Of a DNA stretch of 64,000 nucleotides, positions 38,091 to 46,063 are shown in pieces; positions within the stretch are counted from its first letter, which is position 1; each line of letters begins with the position of its first letter. A model generated the notes under the pieces. That model saw only the letters and a list, made by a program, of their open reading frames with translations. It was not told where the DNA came from and did no database searches. The DNA comes from Candidatus Saganbacteria bacterium. GTDB lineage: Bacteria > Margulisbacteria > WOR-1 > O2-12-FULL-45-9 > XYB2-FULL-48-7. The DNA lies in NCBI GenBank assembly GCA_016939335.1, contig JAFGHC010000030.1:15230-79229 (forward strand), given 5' to 3'. A program made the position numbers and the translations under genes.

Positions 38091-38714
38091 TTATCCCCAG
38101 AGTCTTCGAGGATCAAAACCTTGCTTGACTAGCATGTTAAATATGTCGAAACAATACTTGTGATAGGCGGCTTGCGCGGCAAGCCTGTCACCGGACGCTC
38201 TCAATTGCCCCTGCAACTCCAGTGCTTTTCCCGGCCCTCCTTCCACCAAGGTATCATCGGCCAAGATTTTATCGATCGCCTCAAAAATATCTCGCCGATC
38301 AGCATACAGCTCGGAGCCGCTTTGAAAATCGACGCGTCTATAGCCCCCGGGCAAATAGCTATGGAAATTATTCAAATAATTACGGAAGCCTTCGCACAGG
38401 TCTCTATCATTGTAATCATCGGGATGTCTCAAAAGATGCACCAGCCTCCGTTGATGCGCGCCGGCCTGTTCATCATGGTAGACATAATTCGGCGATCTTA
38501 AGACGTAAAAACAAATACTATAATAAGGATCGTTCCTAAATTTTTTGATCGTTCTAGCCGAGAGCGAACGCAACCCCATATGTTTCGCGAAATTGACCAC
38601 CACTCCCAAGGGATTAGCCCCTTCCAAAACCACCGGACGGCTCATCTTGTGCCACCTCTGCAGCTCAAGTTTGCCCGCCCGGATCGATTTAAAAGGAGAA
38701 ACATCTAAGTTCAT
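38091..38714 (-). CDS. Hypothetical protein
   Basis: 207 aa ORF divergent from fic; no recognisable motif. Confidence 0.4.
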   Translation of the reverse strand: MNLDVSPFKSIRAGKLELQRWHKMSRPVVLEGANPLGVVVNFAKHMGLRSLSARTIKKFRNDPYYSICFYVLRSPNYVYHDEQAGAHQRRLVHLLRHPDDYNDRDLCEGFRNYLNNFHSYLPGGYRRVDFQSGSELYADRRDIFEAIDKILADDTLVEGGPGKALELQGQLRASGDRLAAQAAYHKYCFDIFNMLVKQGFDPRRLWG

Positions 38715-38878
38715 GACACATATACATCGACGGATTTGAGCGTAAATTGCATAGATAGTGTGGTTTTTGGCGCTTAGTGAACTTGGTGCCTTTGTGCCTT
38801 AGTGGTAAATTTTAAAAAGGGGGATTTTACCACCAAGACACTAAGGCACGAAGGGCACGAAGAAGCTTAACACAACCC

Positions 38879-38908
38879 TTGACGCAAACTTGACGCTTAT
38901 GCTACAAT
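38879..38908 (+). promoter_or_regulatory. Sigma-70 promoter of fic (TTGACG-18-TGcTACAAT, extended -10), leaderless configuration
   Basis: TTGACG 38879-38884, TGc 38900-38902, TACAAT 38903-38908; fic ATG at 38915, about 7 nt after the -10, so the TSS is about at the ATG. Confidence 0.5.
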
Positions 38909-38914
38909 CCCCAC

Positions 38915-39934
38915 ATGTTTAAACCGGTCTACCGGATCACGCCGTACCTGTTAAACCTGATCGACGAGGCCAGCGCGCTCAAGACCTGGGTCGAGCTGGC
39001 GCCGCTGCACGTCGCCTGGCTGCCGCGGATGCAGAAAGAGGCCAAATCAAAGCTCGCCCACTTCTCCACTTCGATCGAAGGGAACCCGCTCAACCTCCAT
39101 CAGGTCAAAGCGATCGCCCGCGGGGAAACCATCGGCGCGGAAAAGCAGGCAGAGCTGGAGGTCGCCAACTACCTGAAGGCGATGCACTGGATCGAACAGC
39201 ACGGCCAGAAAGCGATCAGCGAAGGGACGATCTTCGAGCTCCACCGGACCATCACCCGCGGTCTGCTGGCGCCGGAGAAGGTCGCAACTTACAAGGCGAA
39301 GCAGAATTATGTCCTGGACAACAACAAGATCAAAGTTTACACCCCGACTTCGCCCAAAGAGACGCCGCAGGCGGTGCGCGACCTGCTCGCCTGGTCTAAC
39401 AGTGTGGAAGCCGCCCAGCTGCATTCCGTGCTGGTTTGCGCGATCTTCCATCACCGTTTCGTTTCCATCCATCCGTTCAGCGACGGCAACGGCCGCTTAG
39501 CGCGGGCGTTAGGGACCCTGGTCCTTTATCAAAAGGAGTTCGATCTCCACCACATTTTCAGCCTGGACGAATTCTTTGCCGGCGACCGGCAGAGATATTA
39601 TCAGAAGCTCCAGCAAGCGCGCGACCTCGACAACGATCTGACTTACTGGATCGAATATGTGGCGGAGGGGGTCGTTGCGACTTTAAGAAAGGTCAAAAAG
39701 CGGATCGAAGACCTGCAGGTCTCGACCCTGCACCCGCTCACCCTCTCGCCGCGGCAAGAGGACGCTTTGCGCCTCCTGCGCAACGCCCACTCCCTTCATG
39801 TCACCGAGTTGATCGAAGAGTTGAAGGTCTCCCGCGCGCGGATCAACCAGATCATCGGGCCGCTGGTCGAAAGCGGGCTGGTCACAAAGGAAGGCCGTAG
39901 CCGCGCGACGAGGTACAGGCTGAATATCAACTAG
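38915..39934 (+). CDS. fic: Fic/DOC family protein, class II (N-terminal inhibitory helix) with C-terminal winged-helix domain
   Basis: 339 aa; Fic motif HPFSDGNGRLAR (HxFx[DE]GNGRxxR), N-terminal alpha-inh motif FSTSIEGN ([ST]xxxE[GN]); C-terminal wHTH. Confidence 0.85.
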   Translation: MFKPVYRITPYLLNLIDEASALKTWVELAPLHVAWLPRMQKEAKSKLAHFSTSIEGNPLNLHQVKAIARGETIGAEKQAELEVANYLKAMHWIEQHGQKAISEGTIFELHRTITRGLLAPEKVATYKAKQNYVLDNNKIKVYTPTSPKETPQAVRDLLAWSNSVEAAQLHSVLVCAIFHHRFVSIHPFSDGNGRLARALGTLVLYQKEFDLHHIFSLDEFFAGDRQRYYQKLQQARDLDNDLTYWIEYVAEGVVATLRKVKKRIEDLQVSTLHPLTLSPRQEDALRLLRNAHSLHVTELIEELKVSRARINQIIGPLVESGLVTKEGRSRATRYRLNIN

Positions 39935-39940
39935 CAAACT

Positions 39941-39998
39941 GAAATTCGAAATACGAATAACGAAATACGAAGGAATATCGAAATTCGAATTTCTGATT
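39941..39998. repeat. Copy of GAAATTCGAAATACGAA-based dispersed repeat (half-element; ends in 14-bp palindrome GAAATTCGAATTTC)
   Basis: About 85% identical over about 50 nt to the left half of the element at 45023-45188. Confidence 0.6.
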
Positions 39999-40234
39999 TA
40001 AGCCCCCTGGGTTTTAATGAACCCCTTGACCGCTTCCATGATCTCGATCGGCACGGCCCTGTTAAACATCTTTACCCCTCCCGCTCGATTGCTAACATAC
40101 CGCCTGGCCAGGTCGCTAATTTCCTGGCTGGTCGGTATCCCTAAATTGTCGTTGTCGTCTGGCATGGGAGAAAGCATAGCATAGAGAAAAAGCAACAACA
40201 CAATGTCAACAGAATCATACCAACAACATTGCAA
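39998..40234 (-). CDS. Small hypothetical protein (low-GC island)
   Basis: 78 aa ORF; real start probably the internal MLSPMPDD; weak evidence. Confidence 0.25.
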   Translation of the reverse strand: MQCCWYDSVDIVLLLFLYAMLSPMPDDNDNLGIPTSQEISDLARRYVSNRAGGVKMFNRAVPIEIMEAVKGFIKTQGA

Positions 40235-40336
40235 GAGATAATATGTCTTATAGAATAACTAGCTGGACAGCCTACTAGTGATTTGACCTGACCACGTAAT
40301 ATACGAATTAATACATAAATATTATTGCAACAACCG

Positions 40337-40702
40337 TTATCTTAATTTAATTAGCTTACTAATTATTTGAAGAGCATTGAAAAAATCAAGACAATAACCC
40401 ATCACAATCGAAAGGATCGCAATACACAAACCTGTCACCCAGAAACTCTTATGTCTAATCTGTACGGCCGCCGCAATCCATAAAATAATCAGGAACTCAA
40501 GAATTATGGTAATTTCCTTATATGGAACAAGAATATTCAAGCGGAGTAGCACGGAACAAATAATAAATAGCATAACAGGAATAGCCAGCCAGATTATGTT
40601 TACCTCTTCCCCTATGTCAAGTAATTCATCCTTATTAAACCCCAAGTTTAGGCAAAGACCCTTTATTTCTTCAGGAGATCCTTCCATCCCCATAAATTTC
40701 AT
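40337..40702 (-). CDS. Small integral membrane protein (3 predicted TM helices), low-GC island
   Basis: 121 aa; hydrophobic stretches IIWLAIPVMLFIICSVLL, ITIILEFLIILWIAAAV, VTGLCIAILSIVMGY; about 35% GC versus about 60% flanks. Confidence 0.5.
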   Translation of the reverse strand: MKFMGMEGSPEEIKGLCLNLGFNKDELLDIGEEVNIIWLAIPVMLFIICSVLLRLNILVPYKEITIILEFLIILWIAAAVQIRHKSFWVTGLCIAILSIVMGYCLDFFNALQIISKLIKLR

Positions 40703-40703
40703 A

Positions 40704-41090
40704 TTATAACCTTTGAACTTGTCCTGGGAATAGAATTGTTTTTACATCCTCTTGGACTCGTTGCTCATTCCATTGATTGGGGGAATCATCCTTAATTAAA
40801 ATCACTCTATTAGGGTCCATAACAAAATTTGTTCCAGAAAAATGAAAAGAAGACAATGTCCCCTGAAAAGCATTTTGATTAATATTATTCAATGCATTAG
40901 AAAGGGCCCCCGAAGTCTCTTCGTAATTATCACAGGACGTTCCACTGGGAATAAATTTCACTTCTATAATTGCCCCGTCCTTTAAGCATGGATATATATT
41001 CGTCTGAATTCCAATATTTGGCTTTAAGTGCGAAGAAACATTCCTCCTGAAATTATTCACATAATTCTGTAATACTTCTTTATCATCCAT
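40704..41090 (-). CDS. Hypothetical soluble protein, low-GC island
   Basis: 128 aa ORF immediately upstream of, and co-oriented with, the membrane protein; N/Q/S-rich. Confidence 0.45.
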   Translation of the reverse strand: MDDKEVLQNYVNNFRRNVSSHLKPNIGIQTNIYPCLKDGAIIEVKFIPSGTSCDNYEETSGALSNALNNINQNAFQGTLSSFHFSGTNFVMDPNRVILIKDDSPNQWNEQRVQEDVKTILFPGQVQRL

Positions 41091-41193
41091 CTTTTAAGCC
41101 CTCCTAATCGAGAAAATAGAATATTAGCTCAAATATTATCAAAGCAAGAATTCAACCACAACCAAAAAACACTAATAAGTAATACCGATTTCG

Positions 41194-41207
41194 CCCCCCC
41201 CCCCCCC
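41194..41207. repeat. Homopolymeric poly-C/poly-G tract (14 nt)
   Basis: CCCCCCCCCCCCCC at 41194-41207, abutting the TAG stop of 41207..42184 and about 100 nt upstream of the 40704..41090 gene. Confidence 0.9.
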
Positions 41208-42184
41208 TATTTACTGATCTGATCTGTAATCCTGGTTATTTCAAATCCGGATATCGTAGAATCTTTCGATGATACGAAGCCCGTATCGCCAGATTCAAAT
41301 ATTGATTTCGTCGCTTGAATCAATACAGCATCTTTGGTTTTCGAGTCAGAACTTGCTTGAACAAAAGATTGAAACGTCTTTAAACAATTTTCACGATGCT
41401 TATTTAAAGTATATAAGTGCATATTCGCGCTGTAATTTTTTACTATTTGATAAAACACAACCGAGAAAAATGATAAAAGAAGGATTTTTGCTATGAAAAT
41501 TTGTATTGAAAGCTGGAAATCAACCCCCTTTTCCAGGGTAACCATTAGCTGGCTAATAATCCACCATAAAAACCAGCCTATTAGGGCAACCGATACCACT
41601 ACAGCCCAAAACCACTTATCAGCAAGCCTCTTATTTTCTTGAGCCTGAGTCCTAAACACATCGGCGTACCTGCTCACGCCCGTTTCAGCAGACGCCTCTT
41701 TCATCGCATTTATGATTGCATCAGCAGCACGGCTTTTCTCCTCAATGGAATCAAGAAGCGCTTTAGTTCGTCCTTCCAGAAATTTGGCATAATCTTCAAC
41801 TCCTATTTTATCAATAGAATTCTCCAAAAGACTAATTTTCAAAGGATCATAAAACAAATTGGCCATATTCTGGTACTCATTAAGGAATACGTTAATCAAA
41901 TTTTTTCTTTCTGATGCTGGGTCGGACTTATTCTGAGGAACATAATTTTGTATATCTCTTATAATTAAAAGATAATGATTAAACGAAGCAACAATACTGC
42001 TTTTAGTATTTGTTGGCAGAATTGACCATAATGATTCATTCTTTTCTAATCTTCTCCAATTTTGATAAGATTCTTTAAGTAATGGATAGATATCTACAAA
42101 ATCAAAGTCCTTCCCTTCTCTTTTGAGTTGTTCAATGTCTATATTTTTTAATTTTTCAAATTGGTCTTTTAGTTGCTCTATCAT
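41207..42184 (-). CDS. Hypothetical 2-TM protein (N-terminal helical domain, central TM hairpin, C-terminal Ser/Thr-rich tail), low-GC island
   Basis: 325 aa; TM hairpin WFWAVVVSVALIGWFLWWIISQL .. IFIAKILLLSFFSVVFYQIV; no recognisable catalytic motif. Confidence 0.5.
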   Translation of the reverse strand: MIEQLKDQFEKLKNIDIEQLKREGKDFDFVDIYPLLKESYQNWRRLEKNESLWSILPTNTKSSIVASFNHYLLIIRDIQNYVPQNKSDPASERKNLINVFLNEYQNMANLFYDPLKISLLENSIDKIGVEDYAKFLEGRTKALLDSIEEKSRAADAIINAMKEASAETGVSRYADVFRTQAQENKRLADKWFWAVVVSVALIGWFLWWIISQLMVTLEKGVDFQLSIQIFIAKILLLSFFSVVFYQIVKNYSANMHLYTLNKHRENCLKTFQSFVQASSDSKTKDAVLIQATKSIFESGDTGFVSSKDSTISGFEITRITDQISK

Positions 42185-42260
42185 ATTTTCTCCTTGGCAC
42201 CTTTATTCACAATTCTAATTCTCCCACCCCCCTCTTTTGGTGTCAACGGTTGAGGAAAAT

Positions 42261-42287
42261 GGGATATGGGGTATGGGCATAAAGCCC
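42261..42287. repeat. GGGATATGGGGTATGGGCATAAAGCCC dispersed repeat, copy 1
   Basis: Shares GGGGTATGGGC..AAGCCC with 44931-44954 (same orientation). Confidence 0.5.
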
Positions 42288-42332
42288 GCACTACTCGCTC
42301 AAGTGATCGTTTGCGGAGGAACTTTCAGTCGC

Positions 42333-42734
42333 TCAGAATTCCCACCAGTGACGTGTTCGCCATCCTAATAGGGAATCGGAAGACTGGTCCATTGCCGGTC
42401 GCTCTGGCGCGTAATTTCTTGGAACTCGGTGATCTCGGCGCATTAACTTTGTAACGAGCGGACCGATCGCGGGATCGCTCGAGAAAAGATTGCCGGCGTC
42501 CCGCAGCCATTCTCCTATGCGGGTCTTTAACAAATCCTTATCTTTTGTAGTAGTCCTTAACAGGGCTTCTCCATATTGACGAAAAGCAGCGCGGTCACTG
42601 ACCGCCGGGACCGATCTGTCGAGGAAGCTGCCGGTCGCCTTTTTGGCCGGACCACCGGCAACAGCTTCTATCTTTTTAAACATGGCGGTAATTTGCTCCG
42701 GGCTTGGTCTGCGGGGTCCAACACGATGAGCCAT
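42333..42734 (-). CDS. Hypothetical protein
   Basis: 133 aa high-GC ORF; no motif recognised. Confidence 0.35.
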   Translation of the reverse strand: MAHRVGPRRPSPEQITAMFKKIEAVAGGPAKKATGSFLDRSVPAVSDRAAFRQYGEALLRTTTKDKDLLKTRIGEWLRDAGNLFSSDPAIGPLVTKLMRRDHRVPRNYAPERPAMDQSSDSLLGWRTRHWWEF

Positions 42735-43164
42735 AATAATACTCCTTTTTATTTCGCCGGCTTTAATACCAGCGTAATCCGGCTACGAAACATTATCTTG
42801 CCTTAATTTAGAAAATTTCAGGGGATTTTATTAGGGCTACTGACTTGGAGGACTTTGAAGTGCCTTGCGGGTCTTGCGGTTGCGATGCGCGTTTCGATTT
42901 GCGTCAACCCCTGACCAGCCCCAATTCCCCTGAAATCCCTTTATTAATATCATGATATACACCCGGAGCTAAGAGATGCCAGGAACAGTAGGAAGAACAA
43001 TCATATTGCCGCCCGGCGCTGGAAAAGAAAATCTCCAGCCGGTCAGGGACGCGGTCAAAAAAAACCTGGCGGGCATGGAAAGCCTGTGAGGCCGGAACTT
43101 CTCCGGTATCGTCAGCTCAAGTATCAACCAACCGGGCGCCCTAGCCAGGGAAATACTGGGCACG

Positions 43165-43431
43165 ATGTCCCTGGTCCTGCGGCAGTGCCCCGTTTTGGGA
43201 ACAGACGGAGCACCCGGCGCAAGGACCTACTTCGCTCACCCGATGGCCTTTTTCCGGGCCGAGGCTCATTTACTGCGCGATCTGGGCGAATGTTTGGCCC
43301 CGGACAATTATGCCCCCGGCCTGCTTAAAAGTATCATTGGTGAAAGATCCGAACTGTATAAATTGGAAGTACGCGTCCCCGCCGATCCGGCGGGCGGAAG
43401 CTGGCTCCGGCGAGATCATTATGACAAATAA
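43165..43431 (+). CDS. Small hypothetical protein
   Basis: 88 aa ORF whose 3' end overlaps by 11 nt the ATG (43421) of the next ORF. Confidence 0.25.
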   Translation: MSLVLRQCPVLGTDGAPGARTYFAHPMAFFRAEAHLLRDLGECLAPDNYAPGLLKSIIGERSELYKLEVRVPADPAGGSWLRRDHYDK

Positions 43432-44167
43432 TCTGAAATTCCCGGCCGGCCGCGCGGAAATACATCCGGCGGTATTTCTCGCGCGGAGGCAAGTAAATAT
43501 GGTTTTAGACATCCGTCCAGTTAACCCGCGGCTCATCGCACAACTGGCCAAGAGCCGGGTCAGGCCGGAACAGGTCAGCAATGTGCTTAACTGCCCGCAC
43601 CTGCTGGACAGATTTCGGGTGCTCACCCCATCCGCGATGCAAAAGCTCAACGGGGATGATCGCTGGCTGCAACGGATTGAGGCTGATCTGTCGGCCAACC
43701 CTATTCTGGATCAATCTTCGCTGATAATCATGCGAACGCAATTGGATGTCAGTGAATTTACTGACGGCAAAGGCAAGGTGCTTTATTACGGCGCTTGTTG
43801 CTACAATAAAGCCGACCGCGCGCTCTTCCGGCAAATGCAGGCCGACTATTCCTGTTCCTTTGAGGCGATCGCGCTTGAAATGAAAGAGAGATACGGGATT
43901 GAACTGGAAACTGACACCCCGATCACGGAGATGCCGCTGGAAATAAAAGCGTACTACTTTCTCGATCAGGAGTTCGGGCTGGGCGCGAGGCTACAAACCG
44001 CCGGTGTTGAGCGGATCGCGATCCAGGCGGCGGGAGAAAAGCCTTTTATCAGCGGGGAAGTCTGGAAAAGAACCGTTCACCTCCCTTTCTCTTTTCTTAA
44101 CCGAACCGGCCCATACGAAATAAAAGATAGCCTCGTGCGCTTGTTACCCGTTCGGCCTTCGGCCTGA
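43421..44167 (+). CDS. Hypothetical protein
   Basis: ORF track frame 43310..44167; preferred ATG at 43421 (MTNNLKFPAGRAEIHPAVF..); about 249 aa; no motif recognised. Confidence 0.4.
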   Translation: MTNNLKFPAGRAEIHPAVFLARRQVNMVLDIRPVNPRLIAQLAKSRVRPEQVSNVLNCPHLLDRFRVLTPSAMQKLNGDDRWLQRIEADLSANPILDQSSLIIMRTQLDVSEFTDGKGKVLYYGACCYNKADRALFRQMQADYSCSFEAIALEMKERYGIELETDTPITEMPLEIKAYYFLDQEFGLGARLQTAGVERIAIQAAGEKPFISGEVWKRTVHLPFSFLNRTGPYEIKDSLVRLLPVRPSA

Positions 44168-44189
44168 TCGAGCGAACGCCGCGCAACAG

Positions 44190-44906
44190 CTATTTTGCTG
44201 CGCTTCTGATTATCCCGATATCCCGGACAATGACCTCGCCGCAATAAAGCGGTCCGTCGGCCTTATAAAAACCTTTCTTCGGCGCTACAAAAGTCACGGT
44301 CTTGTCCGCCCGCACCGCCATCCCCATCACCCGCCCGGTATCGGCGTTCAGCCCTGATGGGACATCGACCGAAACGACCGGGATCTTTGAGCGATTGATC
44401 ATCTCGATCGCTTTGCGATAAAGGCCGGCAACCGGCGTATTCAACCCGATCCCAAAGAGCGCGTCAACGATCAGGCCGGCTTGCGCGATATCTTTCAAGC
44501 CTTTTGCTGTGCTGACCCACCTGACCTTCTCCAGCATTTTAACAAGGGCATCGAGGTTGATCTTGGCATCGTTCTTCAGCTTGGTTTTTTCGCCAATGAC
44601 GAAAACTTTTATTTCGCGGCCGGCATTCAGGAGGTGGCGCGCGGCGGCAAAACCATCCCCGCCATTATTGCCGGTGCCGCAAACAACCGCGATCTCTCCC
44701 CTGCCCGCGCACGCCTCCGCCACGCTTCGGCCGGCATTTTCCATGAGGACAATAGAAGGGATCCCCAGCTTCTCCTGGGCGAATTTATCAAAGGCCTGCG
44801 CCTGGCGGACGGAGATCGCCTTGTTTCTCATGTTCGGTAATATTGTACTATACATTTCGCGTTCTGACGAAATTCCGCCGCTTTTCCGCTTATTAAGCGT
44901 GAACAC
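44190..44906 (-). CDS. nnrE: NAD(P)H-hydrate epimerase (YjeF N-terminal domain only)
   Basis: 238 aa; ..AVVCGTGNNGGDGFAAARHL..VVSVDVPSG motifs of the YjeF_N domain; likely start MRNKAISV. Confidence 0.7.
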   Translation of the reverse strand: MFTLNKRKSGGISSEREMYSTILPNMRNKAISVRQAQAFDKFAQEKLGIPSIVLMENAGRSVAEACAGRGEIAVVCGTGNNGGDGFAAARHLLNAGREIKVFVIGEKTKLKNDAKINLDALVKMLEKVRWVSTAKGLKDIAQAGLIVDALFGIGLNTPVAGLYRKAIEMINRSKIPVVSVDVPSGLNADTGRVMGMAVRADKTVTFVAPKKGFYKADGPLYCGEVIVRDIGIIRSAAK

Positions 44907-44930
44907 GGCTGGTAATAAAATTGCTAGATT

Positions 44931-44976
44931 GGCAAAGGTGCGGGGTATGGGCTTATGGAAAGCCCTAGTCGGGTAT
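44931..44976. repeat. GGGGTATGGGCTTATGGAAAGCCC + partial second GGGTATGGGGTATG unit, copy 2 of dispersed repeat
   Basis: Read from sequence; immediately precedes the MITE-like element at 45023-45188. Confidence 0.5.
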
Positions 44977-45022
44977 GGGGTATGAGGAGGGGAATATGGC
45001 GGAAGCTAAAGAGTTGACGCGT

Positions 45023-45188
45023 GAAATTCGAAATACGAATCTCGAAATACGAAATAATATCGAAATTCGAAGTGTTTCCCGTTTCTAATTTGCTTTCTTT
45101 CGCATTTCCTTCGAATTTCGGAATTCGAGTTTCGTATTTTGTCTTATTCGTATTTCCTTCGAACTTCGAAATTAGTATTTCGTATTTT
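45023..45188. repeat. MITE-like imperfect palindromic element built from TTCGAAATACGAA / TTCGTATTTCGAA units
   Basis: The left half (GAAATTCGAAATACGAATCTCGAAATACGAAATAATATCGAAATTCGAAG) and the right half are inverted copies of each other; the left half is about 85% identical to 39941-39998. Confidence 0.6.
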
Positions 45189-45293
45189 AAGGGGGCATCT
45201 CCCTTTAGCTTGACGCAAACCTGACAAATGGCCGTGTTGCCGAACGGGCCCGGCATTGTATTTTAGGCCTTTTACTGCTAAAATCCGTCTATA

Positions 45294-45938
45294 ATGGATT
45301 TATTTTCGAATGAACCTGATCTGCTCTCTCTCCCATACGAGGAAGTCGAGAAGATCGCCCTTGATTGTAAAAAATGCCGCCTGGCTAAAGGCCGGACCAA
45401 AGTCGTCTTCGGCAGCGGCCCCGTCCCCTGTGACCTGATGCTGATCGGCGAGGCGCCGGGAGCGGACGAAGACCTGCAGGGGCTTCCTTTCGTCGGCCGG
45501 GCCGGGCAACTCTTAACGCAGATCCTCGCTTCGGTCGGGATCAAGCGGCCGGACGACATCTACATCGCCAATACGGTCAAGTGCCGGCCGCCGGAGAACC
45601 GCGCGCCGCAGGCCGACGAACAAGCGGCCTGCGCTCCTTACCTCGAGGCGCAGATCCATTTCGTCAAGCCGAAGATCATCCTGCTGGCCGGCTCGCCGGC
45701 GATCAAAGCGGTCCTGAAGACCGACCAGCCGATCACCGGCCTCCGCGGCAAATGGCTCAAGCTTCAGGGGACGGAAATTTCCGTCATGCCGATCTTCCAC
45801 CCCGCCTACCTGCTGCGCAACCCTTCCAAAGAAAAAGGGAAACCGAAATGGCTGACCTGGCAGGACATGCAGGAGGTCAAGAACGCGCTGGAGTATCATC
45901 GTAAGGTTGAAGAGTTATCGAGGGAAAGTGAGAATTAG
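45294..45938 (+). CDS. udg: Uracil-DNA glycosylase, family 4
   Basis: 214 aa; GEAPGADEDLQGLPFVGRAGQLL motif, CxxC..C Fe-S ligands (CKKCRLAKG..C). Confidence 0.85.
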   Translation: MDLFSNEPDLLSLPYEEVEKIALDCKKCRLAKGRTKVVFGSGPVPCDLMLIGEAPGADEDLQGLPFVGRAGQLLTQILASVGIKRPDDIYIANTVKCRPPENRAPQADEQAACAPYLEAQIHFVKPKIILLAGSPAIKAVLKTDQPITGLRGKWLKLQGTEISVMPIFHPAYLLRNPSKEKGKPKWLTWQDMQEVKNALEYHRKVEELSRESEN

Positions 45939-45973
45939 GCATACCTCCCTCACCCGCTGTCACAAACCGTCCC

Positions 45974-45994
45974 CCCTCTCCCAGAGGGAGAGGG
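45974..45994. repeat. GC hairpin CCCTCTCCC-AGA-GGGAGAGGG (REP-like palindrome family)
   Basis: 9-bp stem with 3-nt loop; related copies at 46020-46044 and 32796-32820. Confidence 0.6.
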
Positions 45995-46019
45995 TAATAC
46001 ATATTGCTAGCCTGCAAAT

Positions 46020-46044
46020 CTCCTTCTCCCTCTGGGAGAAGGAG
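46020..46044. repeat. GC hairpin CTCCTTCTCCC-TCT-GGGAGAAGGAG (REP-like palindrome family)
   Basis: 11-bp stem; same core as 32796-32820. Confidence 0.6.
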
Positions 46045-46063
46045 GCGACTTTAGCGTCAGCGG

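Noticed and set aside
42976-43089. 37-codon ATG ORF in the gene-poor 42735-43165 stretch.
   Set aside because: No RBS, no motif, and below the length where composition alone is informative.
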